A DNA stretch of 64,000 nucleotides. Origin: a virus. Below the pieces are notes generated by a model. The model did not search any database, had not been told where the DNA came from, and saw only the letters and a list, made by a program, of their open reading frames with translations. A program made the translations under genes and the position numbers. Location of the stretch: IMG/VR virus record IMGVR_UViG_3300028569_000031, positions 14,025 to 78,024 of that record; one strand, given 5' to 3'. This document shows, piece by piece, positions 46,057-56,243 of the stretch. Position 1 is the first letter of the stretch. Every line of letters begins with the position of its first letter.

Positions 46057-48651
46057 TTACTGATCCTTGCCTTCAGGAAGAATAGTAGGTAGGTCCATAT
46101 AAGCTTGATCAGAAGCACGAATTGCGATACCTTTAAAGAAAGTACGTCCCGCCTTATTAAATACATTTACGCCATCTAATCCAAGTTGGTTCCTACAACA
46201 ATCTTGCAATAAATTAACAAATCTTTTTTGCCCTACGGGTTTGGATCCTGTTGAATCACAGTGTTCGCAATAACTAGGATACAACTGAGTATGTGTATTG
46301 TAATAACGGGTATTACTATCTTTAGCTGCTGGCACTTTTTTACCTACAGCAGAAACACTATTAGCACAAAGTACAACTTCTGATTGTAACCATTCAATTA
46401 AATTATTACTACTAAGGAGAATATTATTTCTCACACGACGTAGTGCGGGAACCATTTCTGTGGTATCGAGAAGGTAACGGCGCATTGATCTTTCATCCAT
46501 TTCAAGCACCCAGTTAACAAGTCCTGGTAAGTATTCCTTCCAGTTACCGCTAATTCGCCCCTTATCAATCTTAATCATATCTTTAGCTTCGCTACTTTTA
46601 TCATAGAGCTTACGGTTGAACTCAATTGTCAGCCTTCTACGTGCCAACCCACTGGTGTTATCCGTAGTTTGAATAGGTTCATTAGCTGCAACCATGACCA
46701 TTCCTGTGTACACAAATGGTTCACCGATTGCTTTTAATTTTTCTTCATAACGTAAAGAATCTCCACCAGTCAACGCTTTAAATATCTGTGCCGAACCGCC
46801 GTAACGTTCCGAATCATTTATTAATGTCAACCGCTTATCTTTAATAGAAGATAATTCAAATCTACTTTGTTCTAATTGATTTAATGATGTACTGGCATAG
46901 TTACCAGCACCAACCATGGCGCAACATAAGTTAGCATAAGTGGATTTACCACGTCCACCGGGTCCAATAACTTCAAGAAAACGTTGTAATTCGTTTCCAC
47001 GTCCGACTAAGCACGCTCTTAACCAGGCTCTAAGCACCTGTAAGCGATCATCGTCACCGTACTGGGTACGTGACAGCCAATCAACAATAGGACCTGGTAG
47101 AACCTGGGGGTTGTAATCAAAATCTAGTCCCCAGGTAATGTAATTGTTGCGGTTATGCTCTAGGAAGTTACCCGAATCGAGTTCAAGAACACCGTTACGA
47201 AAGGCGAGTAAAGACGCATCATCATTCCAGTCTGAGTGGGCAAGGTGGCCTTCGAGGAGCCCGCAAATATCATTAATAAGGTTGTTGCTATAACCACCAG
47301 GGAGCGATAAATTACAAAGTGTGAACTGAATTTCGTGTTTAAAGTCTTTACTGTACCCTTGTCGAGACCAGATCCCACGTTTTTCGTCATAGCGCATGAA
47401 GACATCGAACCTAGGATCATATAGCCAACCGTTCTTTCTGCAAAGCGGCATAACAAAATCCGCAATCTCAGATGGTGGTGGGTTACGAGCAGATTTTTTA
47501 CTATCTTTATTTTTAGAACCTGCTGCATTTAAAAAATTATTTACTTCAGAAACATAATCTTCACCTATATCTTCAAAATATTCTGGATCACCACCAGATT
47601 CTAAGTAATCAGCAAATGCTTCGTTATGTTCGGCAGCTACTCTTTTAGCAACTTCCTCAATATTTGGAACAGTAAATCCATGCATATCAATGAACCCGTC
47701 TTCTTTTGCTTTTGCTCGTAATGTTTTCAAACCCCTTGCCCCTTCAGGGTTTGGTCCACCTGGCAGTCTTTCAAATGAATCCCATTTCTCTTCACAACAA
47801 CCTTCTTGAAAAGATTCAGATTGCATAGACCATTCAATCCAATCACCAAGAAGAGTGTCATCAATTTGATGTAAAGACATACCAACTGCTATCCATTCTT
47901 CATAATCATCCGCTCTTTCTGGAGCCAAAGCTTGAAGGTATTCAATTACATCATCAAGAATAGATTCTAAATGGTATTGACTGTCTTCTTCATAACTTAA
48001 AGTAATATTTTGTGTCAATAATGAACCTGGACCTGCTGTTTTTCTTCTATATTTACTTGAAGGATATGCATTACTTATTTCTTTATATAACCAGTCTGGC
48101 ATTTCCGGTAGGTTTTTAACGTGTTCAAAACCGCCGTGTTTACCGGTGCAATAACCGTTTGTATCAGGGTGTGCGCCCATTAGTGCGCCTTGCCTGCTAC
48201 GCCAGAGTATTTCCCAGGGGGCTTTATCTAATTTCAGGGTTGCTTTATCTGGCAGTAAATCAATTTTTCCGTTTGGCACACGGAATAACATTCTGGACTT
48301 ACCAGGCTTCCCACTGGTTATGGTTAAAGTAGGAGGGAAAATAGCATCAAGCGGCCCTCCACCTAAAGCTTCGATAATTGGTATAGCTTCTTCACCGTCA
48401 ATATCAACCCAGATCAGACCGTATTCGTTACAATGCTGACCGCTTAACAAGCCTACCCCTGTTGCACGACCAGCATCTAATTCTTCTTTGATCTGGTTAA
48501 GGGTGTATGGATTGGTTGTCCATCCACCTACGTAAGCTCTTTTGCCGTTAAGAGGAGTTAAAGCCCAGTCCTTAGGGATCAGTTCTAAGTTTATTTCCCC
48601 AGGATTTAATTCCCTTTTGGGTGGCCTGGGATCCATGGCAGCGAGGGGCAT
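46057..48651 (-). CDS. Prim-Pol + PriCT-2 + D5/P4-family SF3 helicase (primase-helicase)
   Basis: WVDIDG, GAHP; DYEEWIAVGMSLH; FRNGVL; Walker A GPGGRGKST; FKALTGGD. Confidence 0.9.
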   Translation of the reverse strand: MPLAAMDPRPPKRELNPGEINLELIPKDWALTPLNGKRAYVGGWTTNPYTLNQIKEELDAGRATGVGLLSGQHCNEYGLIWVDIDGEEAIPIIEALGGGPLDAIFPPTLTITSGKPGKSRMLFRVPNGKIDLLPDKATLKLDKAPWEILWRSRQGALMGAHPDTNGYCTGKHGGFEHVKNLPEMPDWLYKEISNAYPSSKYRRKTAGPGSLLTQNITLSYEEDSQYHLESILDDVIEYLQALAPERADDYEEWIAVGMSLHQIDDTLLGDWIEWSMQSESFQEGCCEEKWDSFERLPGGPNPEGARGLKTLRAKAKEDGFIDMHGFTVPNIEEVAKRVAAEHNEAFADYLESGGDPEYFEDIGEDYVSEVNNFLNAAGSKNKDSKKSARNPPPSEIADFVMPLCRKNGWLYDPRFDVFMRYDEKRGIWSRQGYSKDFKHEIQFTLCNLSLPGGYSNNLINDICGLLEGHLAHSDWNDDASLLAFRNGVLELDSGNFLEHNRNNYITWGLDFDYNPQVLPGPIVDWLSRTQYGDDDRLQVLRAWLRACLVGRGNELQRFLEVIGPGGRGKSTYANLCCAMVGAGNYASTSLNQLEQSRFELSSIKDKRLTLINDSERYGGSAQIFKALTGGDSLRYEEKLKAIGEPFVYTGMVMVAANEPIQTTDNTSGLARRRLTIEFNRKLYDKSSEAKDMIKIDKGRISGNWKEYLPGLVNWVLEMDERSMRRYLLDTTEMVPALRRVRNNILLSSNNLIEWLQSEVVLCANSVSAVGKKVPAAKDSNTRYYNTHTQLYPSYCEHCDSTGSKPVGQKRFVNLLQDCCRNQLGLDGVNVFNKAGRTFFKGIAIRASDQAYMDLPTILPEGKDQ

Positions 48652-48710
48652 ATCAACCTAGTCTACGGACAGTTCTTACAAATTTCAAGTTACCGCGCAT
48701 AAATCTGCCA

Positions 48711-49646
48711 TTAAGTTGTTTCCAACTTGTCCCCGTCCACGACTTCCATATCAATTTCATTTTGAGCCGGTAGAATTTCAGAGTAATATTTCGCAACAGC
48801 TTCCAGCCACTTGCATTTATATTTCTCAATTGTCCCACTTTGTACGGCAAAGACTTGTGTACGCTCCCTAGTAGCAACAAATATCATTAGAACTTCTGGT
48901 ACCACTCCTATAGTATGTTCCAAACCCAGAGCATAGGCGCCCATCTGCAGCATGCACTTTTGGTACTTCATGAACCCAGAACGGCGCATGGCATACTCAC
49001 TTTTCAGTGTTTCTGGACCTGGCCATCTACTATAATAAGGTCCATTTGATGTTTTCAGATCTCCTAAAACAATTTTTCCTTTGTATTCAGCCACAATATC
49101 AGGAGCACCAGCCCATCCCCAGTTCTCTGTTTCATGTACCCCTGGATGCCAGACTCTACTGATACCGTCACCTCCTATTGTCCAAGAAAAGTTATCACCG
49201 ACAGGGTTTTCTGCCCATAGTATTCGACCAAGCTTGTCTAGTTTCTCTGGAAGTCCGTTCCAAAAAGCTTGGATTTCCTCATTCTCAATGACTGGATTTT
49301 TATCAATACCTAATAAATAATTTTCCATGAGTCCGTGGACTCTTGTACCCCTTGCTGCAGCAGCTTCTCGTCCACCTGGATTTTTTTTTGCCCACCTCTC
49401 AAGTGCTACTTTATTACCTCCTGTTGCAGATAAGATTGTAGTCACAGAGGGCAAAGTACCATAGGGAGTCTTATAGTGACGGCTCCCATTAATGGTTAAC
49501 CTAGTGTCTCCGTCGCTTTGGTATTGCAAGAATTGCACATATGGCGCAGTTCGAGAGTACACTGGGTGAATTTTGCGTTCTAAACAGACGCTTTCTAGTA
49601 CTTGGACCTCAATATCCGTACAAGATCCGTACATAAAATCTCCCAC
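48711..49646 (-). CDS. PD-(D/E)XK exonuclease
   Basis: PSVTTIL, RGTRVH, AGAPD, DLKTS, LQMGAYA. Confidence 0.85.
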   Translation of the reverse strand: MGDFMYGSCTDIEVQVLESVCLERKIHPVYSRTAPYVQFLQYQSDGDTRLTINGSRHYKTPYGTLPSVTTILSATGGNKVALERWAKKNPGGREAAAARGTRVHGLMENYLLGIDKNPVIENEEIQAFWNGLPEKLDKLGRILWAENPVGDNFSWTIGGDGISRVWHPGVHETENWGWAGAPDIVAEYKGKIVLGDLKTSNGPYYSRWPGPETLKSEYAMRRSGFMKYQKCMLQMGAYALGLEHTIGVVPEVLMIFVATRERTQVFAVQSGTIEKYKCKWLEAVAKYYSEILPAQNEIDMEVVDGDKLETT

Positions 49647-49726
49647 CTGCTCAAAAGGTAACAGATTTTTTTGCTTTTACAAGTATTTTGGACCTTAGAA
49701 TAGCTAGAAATGCGTGTTTTAAAAAA

Positions 49727-50095
49727 GTGCATGAGTTAGCAACCTTAGGACGACACTGCATACTTGATGCATATGGGTGTAATCCACTATATTTAGACGA
49801 TGAAACTTTTGTAAAAGAAGCTATTAAAAAGGCTGTTATTTGTTCAGGAGCAACCTTGCTTCAGTTGATTGCGCATAAGTTTGAACCGCATGGAGTTACA
49901 GCACTAGCACTTTTATCTGAGTCACATATAGCACTTCACACGTGGCCCGAATTAAATTATGTAGCAGTCGATGTGTTTACTTGTGGCAAACATACAGACC
50001 CAGATGCTGCATGTACCTTATTAAAGAAAGAATTTGAAGCCGAATCAAGCATAATTAAAGTTTTTGATCGTGCTACAAAACAAATAAACGTTTAA
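49727..50095 (+). CDS. speD: S-adenosylmethionine decarboxylase proenzyme
   Basis: GRH, F.PHGVT, LSESHIALHTWPE, DVFTCG; GTG start assumed. Confidence 0.92.
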   Translation: MHELATLGRHCILDAYGCNPLYLDDETFVKEAIKKAVICSGATLLQLIAHKFEPHGVTALALLSESHIALHTWPELNYVAVDVFTCGKHTDPDAACTLLKKEFEAESSIIKVFDRATKQINV

Positions 50096-50404
50096 TTAAT
50101 CCCCATCAACTTCCGGGGCTCGCTCAAAACAGCCTTCAATATTATTAGCAAATTGCATGTTCTGATATTTTGCAACGTGGCCTTGAATTTTACTATAAAT
50201 ATCAAAGCTACTTCTTACCGCATCTTCTGGGCTAATCATTAGTTTTGAATTGGCAAGTAATCCAGCAGTCAAAACACAAATTGCAAGCTCCTGGGGATGA
50301 TTTATAAATGAACGCAGTGACCTACCGTTATCCGTAAACGAAGCCAGTAGATAAGCTATGTCTACTGCTGGGTTGTTTTTGTTTTGTTCTGGTTCTTGGA
50401 TCAT
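50096..50404 (-). CDS. hypothetical protein
   Basis: coupled ORF. Confidence 0.55.
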   Translation of the reverse strand: MIQEPEQNKNNPAVDIAYLLASFTDNGRSLRSFINHPQELAICVLTAGLLANSKLMISPEDAVRSSFDIYSKIQGHVAKYQNMQFANNIEGCFERAPEVDGD

Positions 50405-50667
50405 TAGTTTTCTTCTTCTTCTTTAACGTAATAAAGGGTAGTGTAGTCCTTCTTAATTATTGGTAACAACAAACCATGTTCTTTCAAGGCGGATAAACGT
50501 CTAGCAATTGTTCTATGGTTACGTTCAAACTTTTTTACAATAGCAGTTACTGGAATCAATACTAGGTGATCGCCTTTATATTCGGTCGCTTCCTCCAATA
50601 AGAACTCATGAATCTGGTAAGCCAGATCATCCATGAGTGCTTCATGGTTCATACTCGGTCTTGCCAC
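50404..50667 (-). CDS. winged-HTH protein
   Basis: VTAIVKKFERNHRTIARRLSALKEHGLL. Confidence 0.6.
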   Translation of the reverse strand: MARPSMNHEALMDDLAYQIHEFLLEEATEYKGDHLVLIPVTAIVKKFERNHRTIARRLSALKEHGLLLPIIKKDYTTLYYVKEEEEN

Positions 50668-50738
50668 TGTGTTTATTCCGGAATTAAAGTTACATTTTGA
50701 TTCTATAGGAGTTTATTCCCCAGGAAGTGTGGGGACAA

Positions 50739-50969
50739 CTAATTTTCTATGTTCTTTGCTGCTTGTTTTCTTGCCTTCATGATACCTTTTTTAGCGGTTT
50801 CAAGATCCATACCCCAGCACGGCTCCCCATCCTCTAACCTGGGGTAACGATACAGGGTGTGATTAGTGCTGCCGTGTTTTAGTGCTTTAATTTCATAGCC
50901 TTCGAAATCAATTGAAGGCAGGATCTCAGAGGCGTTGCCTCGATACTTAAACTTTTTTACGTCCCTCAT
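50739..50969 (-). CDS. hypothetical protein
   Basis: ORF with upstream -10-like box. Confidence 0.55.
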   Translation of the reverse strand: MRDVKKFKYRGNASEILPSIDFEGYEIKALKHGSTNHTLYRYPRLEDGEPCWGMDLETAKKGIMKARKQAAKNIEN

Positions 50970-51229
50970 GATTGAGTGCTGACTGCTTTATTAGCATACT
51001 TCCATACATGTAGACTGCGACCACCTTACCGGATTAAAAACGGATAAAAGCAAAAATCCGCCCACTTTCAAACAAAAGAGGACGGACTGCTTACATAAAT
51101 GAGCCTTAATCAATGGAGTTATTTACGTATAATTCTGCTTCTTCTAAGTAAGTCATTACATCTTTAAGGCATTTTTCATAACCACGAATGTATTCATCGG
51201 TTTTCTTTTGCCCAATAAAAGAAATAACA

Positions 51230-51433
51230 TTAAGAAGTAACCGCCTTCTCAATCTGTCCCGATAGAGCTTCTCCATTATCTTCCTCAATAGCTTTTACAA
51301 TAATGGTACCATCCTTTTGCATTGAAAAATCCAATAAAGTTCCTTCTTTCCAGCCCATCTTATTTAATAGTTCGTCTGGCAGTGTGAGAAAACCTTCTTC
51401 ATCACATGTTAAATATTTTCCTGAAGTATCCAT
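51230..51433 (-). CDS. AbrB/MazE-family protein
   Basis: LTLPDELLNKMGWKEGTLLDF..GTIIV. Confidence 0.75.
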   Translation of the reverse strand: MDTSGKYLTCDEEGFLTLPDELLNKMGWKEGTLLDFSMQKDGTIIVKAIEEDNGEALSGQIEKAVTS

Positions 51434-51649
51434 TACTTATCTCCTTTCACTTGAAACCATTCGGACACAATCATTGGTAAAAGGTTTTTCATTGTTGTGT
51501 AGAATTTTTTATTCTCACTAGAATCAAGTGGCTTGATTTGGTTTTTGTAATGCTTTGTTAATAGCATAAAAAAGTTTTGGCGGTGGTACATAGTTAAGAT
51601 AAAGGGACCCTCACTTTTACGCAAGGGGTTTTATTATTTCTACATATTA

Positions 51650-52249
51650 TTATGAAGAGATTAAACGCTTCCTGCGTTCGTAGACCAGGCTGTAACCGGG
51701 AATTAATTGTGCAATTGCCGGTACTGAGCTTCGGTTTGCAAGGATGTCTTGCCTGACCCTATCCTTATCTGGTAACTCTTCTTGTTTAGCATCTAAAACA
51801 GCTTCATCCCTTATTCTTACAAGGGTAGTTGTTTTCCTTAGGCCGTACTCTACCTTATCCTGGTCTGACCATAGCTCAAAGTTATCAACTAACCTTGGTT
51901 TTGTAGACCTGATGGTAGCTTGGTATTTCGCACCTGTTGGCGTACTGTTGATAAGGTTTTGCTGATAAGCAAATTTGATAATTTTAACAAGATTTTCCTT
52001 ATTACGTTTCCATGCATCTCTATTGTTTTTTACTTCTTCCATTTCTTTTTCTAATGCTTCAATATAAATATCACATTTTTTTATTATTTCTATAATGTTA
52101 TCAAATTTATTTTCATGCCTAGATGCAAGGTCTTCAATATGTTTTTGAAGGTATGAACGATCTTCTTCACTTGTGTCAGGAAGATCTTTTAAAAACGAAA
52201 CGTGTTGGATTGCTTCAGAAAGTTGAACGTAGCTTTGTTTGTCTGACAT
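51650..52249 (-). CDS. Gp157-like protein
   Basis: KFDNI..I..LEKE coiled coil; PDKDRV..PG. Confidence 0.6.
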   Translation of the reverse strand: MSDKQSYVQLSEAIQHVSFLKDLPDTSEEDRSYLQKHIEDLASRHENKFDNIIEIIKKCDIYIEALEKEMEEVKNNRDAWKRNKENLVKIIKFAYQQNLINSTPTGAKYQATIRSTKPRLVDNFELWSDQDKVEYGLRKTTTLVRIRDEAVLDAKQEELPDKDRVRQDILANRSSVPAIAQLIPGYSLVYERRKRLISS

Positions 52250-52277
52250 GATGATAATAAAAAATGGTGATTAAAAA

Positions 52278-53147
52278 TTAAGATTTAATTTGACCCATTA
52301 TGTATGCAACAGATTGACTATACTTAATCAATTGATAAGGCGGAACATGTGTTAAAGCTTTGGTAAAAACTTTCCAACAGTTGCCAGTTGGGTTATTATC
52401 AGCAGTATAAACCTGTTGTTCTTTCCAGGAATTTTTAGGTATCCAGTTCATCTTATCTTTTATACCATCATTTGTTACACGATAAAGTAACCGGCCAGTT
52501 CTATAATCAAAATGGTATATACACATATTCAGGTTATATCCTTTCTTTCTTGATTGCTCTTGCACGATATAACGTAAAGTTTCTAATTCTAAGTTTGCAT
52601 TATTCCAACTAATGTGTTTGCAAATCGGTACGTATTCATCTTTACATACTTCATATACCTCTTTAGCTAGTTCGTTTTTGTTGGCGCTTAACTGTACCCA
52701 AGAAGGACAACTACATTCTTGTTCTTTAACTTTAATAAAGTAAATTTTTTGTTCACCATTTGAATCAGTTAAGATTTTTGGTGGCCTACCAATATTGCTA
52801 GAGATAGTAGAATGTGTTTGATCAGAAGAATAATCGAGAGCTGCAATAGGAATACCGTTGCTTAGGTCTTTAGATTTGTATTTTTTCCATACTGTGTAAT
52901 TAAAATATGAAGGTGTCCTTGTTCTATGCACTAGAAAATTATTTAGTACATGATGACGTTCTAATGAGAGTAGGGTATTGTCTACATTGCATACAACTTT
53001 AGAACCTTCAAGAGAAATTGAATTAATGTCTGTTGCTATTAAACTTTTAAATTTATCTGGGTTTAACGTATACAGGCAATCAATGATTCTTTTTCGACCA
53101 TAGATCAATTCCTGAGCTTTATTTAGTTGATTTACTAATAAAGGCAT
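52278..53147 (-). CDS. SWIM-type Zn finger protein
   Basis: CSCPSW...CKHI. Confidence 0.6.
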   Translation of the reverse strand: MPLLVNQLNKAQELIYGRKRIIDCLYTLNPDKFKSLIATDINSISLEGSKVVCNVDNTLLSLERHHVLNNFLVHRTRTPSYFNYTVWKKYKSKDLSNGIPIAALDYSSDQTHSTISSNIGRPPKILTDSNGEQKIYFIKVKEQECSCPSWVQLSANKNELAKEVYEVCKDEYVPICKHISWNNANLELETLRYIVQEQSRKKGYNLNMCIYHFDYRTGRLLYRVTNDGIKDKMNWIPKNSWKEQQVYTADNNPTGNCWKVFTKALTHVPPYQLIKYSQSVAYIMGQIKS

Positions 53148-53188
53148 TTTAATTGGTTTCCTAATAGAACTGTGGTGAGCATGTTGTG

Positions 53189-53332
53189 TTAACGTTTCCC
53201 TTGACCACGACTAGGTTTTTTGCGTTTTAGTGTCCAGGAACCACGCTTGCGTAGACCTGAACCAATTGATGTGCGCTTAGCAGTTGATACAACTGTGTGG
53301 CTGCCGGAGGGAGCTTTTTTTTGGGTTGCCAT
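53189..53332 (-). CDS. small basic protein (unlisted 47-aa ORF)
   Basis: MATQKKAPSG..KRTSIGSG..KKPSRGQGKR*, the RGQG-ending small phage protein type. Confidence 0.65.
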   Translation of the reverse strand: MATQKKAPSGSHTVVSTAKRTSIGSGLRKRGSWTLKRKKPSRGQGKR

Positions 53333-53447
53333 GTGGTTTACAAGAACAAGGAGAGTTTAGTCTTTAATTAGGTGTTAGCAGATGAAGTTTTGTTTCAACT
53401 TGACATTTTGATGACCTGTTATAAAGTGGTTGATATGCTTTAAACGC

Positions 53448-53720
53448 ATGTCAGAATTTGATTTGACAACAGCTTTTTTTTCTGTTGAAGATTTTCAAGG
53501 TACGATGGAAGATAAATTTTCTGTTGCCAGGTTAAAACAAGGAATTGAAAATACTGATAGTAAACAGGAACTAAAACAAATTGCATCTACACTTGCTGAA
53601 TTGGCTACACAAAGACAAAGTTTAATTCGTGGTTTATGTAGACGTTTAGCTAAGTTTGAATCCGAATTAATTTCTAGATCTTATGAAGATAAATTAAAAG
53701 CCGCCCATAAGGACGGCTGA
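53448..53720 (+). CDS. second NblA-like protein
   Basis: TMEDKFSVARLKQGIE..KQELKQIASTLAEL..RQSLIRGL; TTGACA promoter at 53400. Confidence 0.5.
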   Translation: MSEFDLTTAFFSVEDFQGTMEDKFSVARLKQGIENTDSKQELKQIASTLAELATQRQSLIRGLCRRLAKFESELISRSYEDKLKAAHKDG

Positions 53721-53737
53721 TAACTATAGGGAATTGT

Positions 53738-54667
53738 TTAAGTTAGTTCAATTTCACCTGTGTCCGCACTTCTAGCACCGAACAAGGCTTTCATGCCGCT
53801 TTTATCACTTGAATCACTGACGGAGGGGAGAGTGAAATCAAGTCCTGGCTTAATCGCATGGAAGCCAATTTCTTTTTCACATTGCTGGAAAAAAGATTTA
53901 GCATACACTTCAGGTGGACATGTTTCCCATACTTCTTCAATAAAGTCAATATCTTCATTGGTAGAAGGAAAGAACTCTTCAATAGTTTCAGAAGTTGGTA
54001 CGACCCAAGATTTGGGATAAGCAATCCAGCTTTTTTGTTTGTCTCCGTATTGTTGTGCTCCAAAGGTAGGAGTAAAAATAGCGGCAGCGGCTTGCTTTGG
54101 ATCGAAACCAGAGCCACCCTTGGAGCCAGCATAGTCAGCAAAAGCTGATTCAAGTTGTTCAACAAAGGTTCCGTAGGCATCTGTAAACAAATTAGATGCA
54201 CCACCATGTATTGAAAGTAGTAACGGTTTTTTGTGTACTGGGCTACCCTTTTCATTTACAAGAAAAGTTAATACAAGACGACGACGCTTGTATGGGTTGG
54301 GTTTGTCTGGATTTTTTTCTTCCCAGTCATCATATAAAAATGAATCACGTGGATAAAGACCTTCAATCCCACCTTTGTCTGAGTTCTCAATGAAGGTTAC
54401 ATCTTTACGAAATCCGCAATGCAGAATTAACATGCGTGGCGTCTTAAAGAACACACCTTTATTGGAATCACCGTTGTTATAAGTGTGTTCGTATTCTTCA
54501 GCTCCTGGAAACAGAGCTGCTGTACCAGACCAGCCGATACGAGCTAAGACAGTATCCTTAAGAAAAAGCCCTGGTTTGGACTTATCGTTGAGGATCTGAC
54601 AATTACAAAAGTCCCTGAGGACACCTTGATACCTTTCGGTATTTTGGTAACGATCTAGTACGGACAT
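53738..54667 (-). CDS. DUF5895-like protein
   Basis: CQILN, TPRMLIL, HKKPLLL; next to SSB. Confidence 0.55.
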   Translation of the reverse strand: MSVLDRYQNTERYQGVLRDFCNCQILNDKSKPGLFLKDTVLARIGWSGTAALFPGAEEYEHTYNNGDSNKGVFFKTPRMLILHCGFRKDVTFIENSDKGGIEGLYPRDSFLYDDWEEKNPDKPNPYKRRRLVLTFLVNEKGSPVHKKPLLLSIHGGASNLFTDAYGTFVEQLESAFADYAGSKGGSGFDPKQAAAAIFTPTFGAQQYGDKQKSWIAYPKSWVVPTSETIEEFFPSTNEDIDFIEEVWETCPPEVYAKSFFQQCEKEIGFHAIKPGLDFTLPSVSDSSDKSGMKALFGARSADTGEIELT

Positions 54668-54693
54668 TACGTTCAGTGGGTGGTTAGTGGATT

Positions 54694-54763
54694 TGTCTCC
54701 AGCGCAGGAGTTGCACCTGCACTAAGCACTGGCCTGGAGGAGAAAGCCTGTCATGCAACAGGC
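54694..54763 (-). ncRNA. tRNA-like minihelix plus upstream hairpin
   Basis: CUCCAG..GCAGG-UGCAACU-CCUGC-G-CUGGAG-ACA; GCCUGU..ACAGGC. Confidence 0.4.
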
Positions 54764-54787
54764 AGTAACTATCTCACACGGCTGACG

Positions 54788-55522
54788 TTAAAACGGAACT
54801 GCGTCTTCGTCAACAGAACAAGAGATTGTTACCGGAATAGGCTTTTCAGGTAACCGTGAATCGGTAGCAGGTGAATACAGTACCTCCCCACTTAATTCAT
54901 TCTTAACCTTCGCTTGCTCCTCTCTGTTTTTGTTCTTACCAAATACTGAATACATTCCCGCACGTACTCTTACCTGATATGTACCGCGTTGGCTACCGTC
55001 TTGTGCTTGCCAAACGTTATACCTTAAGACACCTTCAATGCTTAACTGTCGGCCAACATGAAGTAATGTTGTCAAACGTTTTGCATCATCACCCCATGAC
55101 TCCATCCTAAAGCTGAGACTGTCTTCCCAGGTGTGATTAAGTATCATTTGAGCAGGTGCTGACACCATTGTTGTAAATGTAAGTAGATCCTCTTTATTTT
55201 GTTCTGGGATGAACCCGACACCACCAGCAAGATTTACACGGTTTATTTGTAAATTTTTATCATTAACAATAGTTATTGCCTGATTTGGAACTAAATACAT
55301 TTTGTAATCCTGTCGGCTTGGATATAGCCTTCCGCCAACGAGGAGCCGTACACCTGGTTGAAACACATCAAATGTTTCTCCTGCCGCTTTATTAGGAACT
55401 AAATAAATTGGTACATCAGAACCACTTTTACCTATTTTTGGTAAGCTTATACCCATAAAACGCAGGCCGTTTTCGTGAAACTTTTCTCCTGTAAAGGTCC
55501 CTATCCCGGTGAAAGAATTCAT
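54788..55522 (-). CDS. ssb: single-stranded DNA-binding protein (tandem OB folds)
   Basis: INRVNLAG, ESWG, GRQLSIEG.L; acidic tail DEDAVPF. Confidence 0.8.
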   Translation of the reverse strand: MNSFTGIGTFTGEKFHENGLRFMGISLPKIGKSGSDVPIYLVPNKAAGETFDVFQPGVRLLVGGRLYPSRQDYKMYLVPNQAITIVNDKNLQINRVNLAGGVGFIPEQNKEDLLTFTTMVSAPAQMILNHTWEDSLSFRMESWGDDAKRLTTLLHVGRQLSIEGVLRYNVWQAQDGSQRGTYQVRVRAGMYSVFGKNKNREEQAKVKNELSGEVLYSPATDSRLPEKPIPVTISCSVDEDAVPF

Positions 55523-55564
55523 TTTTTAGTGCAGGTGTTTGTGTGTGCAGGTAAGTGTAGCAGG

Positions 55565-56014
55565 TCAAGGGTCAATCGAAACTAACGGTACCCCGGCTTC
55601 TTCTAATAATTTTGAAGATAAAATAAAATTTTCAATCCATCTACTTGGAACTGTGTCCCAACTCTTTACATAAACATTCTTGATTCCAGCATTGATAAGT
55701 GCTGCAGCACAACGGCTGCATGGATGCATAGTGATATAAGCACTACAACCATTGGTACTAACACCATGAATTGCAGCCGTAATAATGGCATTTGTTTCTG
55801 CATGGATTGTGAGCTCATATTTTTCTTCACGATCCATTAATCTATTTATATCATCATTTATGCCTTTTGGGAATCCATTGAAACCAGTTGAAATAATTCG
55901 ACGTTCTTTTACCAGAACACAAGCTACTTTTGTTGATGGATCTTTACTCCACCCAGCTACGAGTTCTGCTAACTTCATAAAGCGTTGGTGCCATACGTAT
56001 TCAGGTCCGTTCAT
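55565..56014 (-). CDS. dCMP deaminase
   Basis: SKDPSTKV, GFNG, HAETNAI, PCSRC. Confidence 0.92.
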   Translation of the reverse strand: MNGPEYVWHQRFMKLAELVAGWSKDPSTKVACVLVKERRIISTGFNGFPKGINDDINRLMDREEKYELTIHAETNAIITAAIHGVSTNGCSAYITMHPCSRCAAALINAGIKNVYVKSWDTVPSRWIENFILSSKLLEEAGVPLVSIDP

Positions 56015-56026
56015 AATTTGTAATAC

Positions 56027-56197
56027 TTATGAATTGTTTACATCTTCAAAATGTTGGCCAATTACGTCTTGAATAATACTTTGCCTCTGGAGTAGAGCGG
56101 AAATTAAGTCTTCAATGTCTTTACTCATTAAAAAAAGTTCTTTTAAATCCATTTCCTCAAGAGATTTTTTTGTGAGTTCGGTTGCGGAATTTGTCAT
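56027..56197 (-). CDS. small coiled-coil protein (unlisted 56-aa ORF)
   Basis: MTNSATELTKKSLEEMDLKELF..; fills the gap between pol and deaminase. Confidence 0.55.
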   Translation of the reverse strand: MTNSATELTKKSLEEMDLKELFLMSKDIEDLISALLQRQSIIQDVIGQHFEDVNNS

Positions 56198-56243
56198 TTT
56201 GGTGACTGTGGTGTGAAAAGTATACTAGATAACGAGTCGGTGG

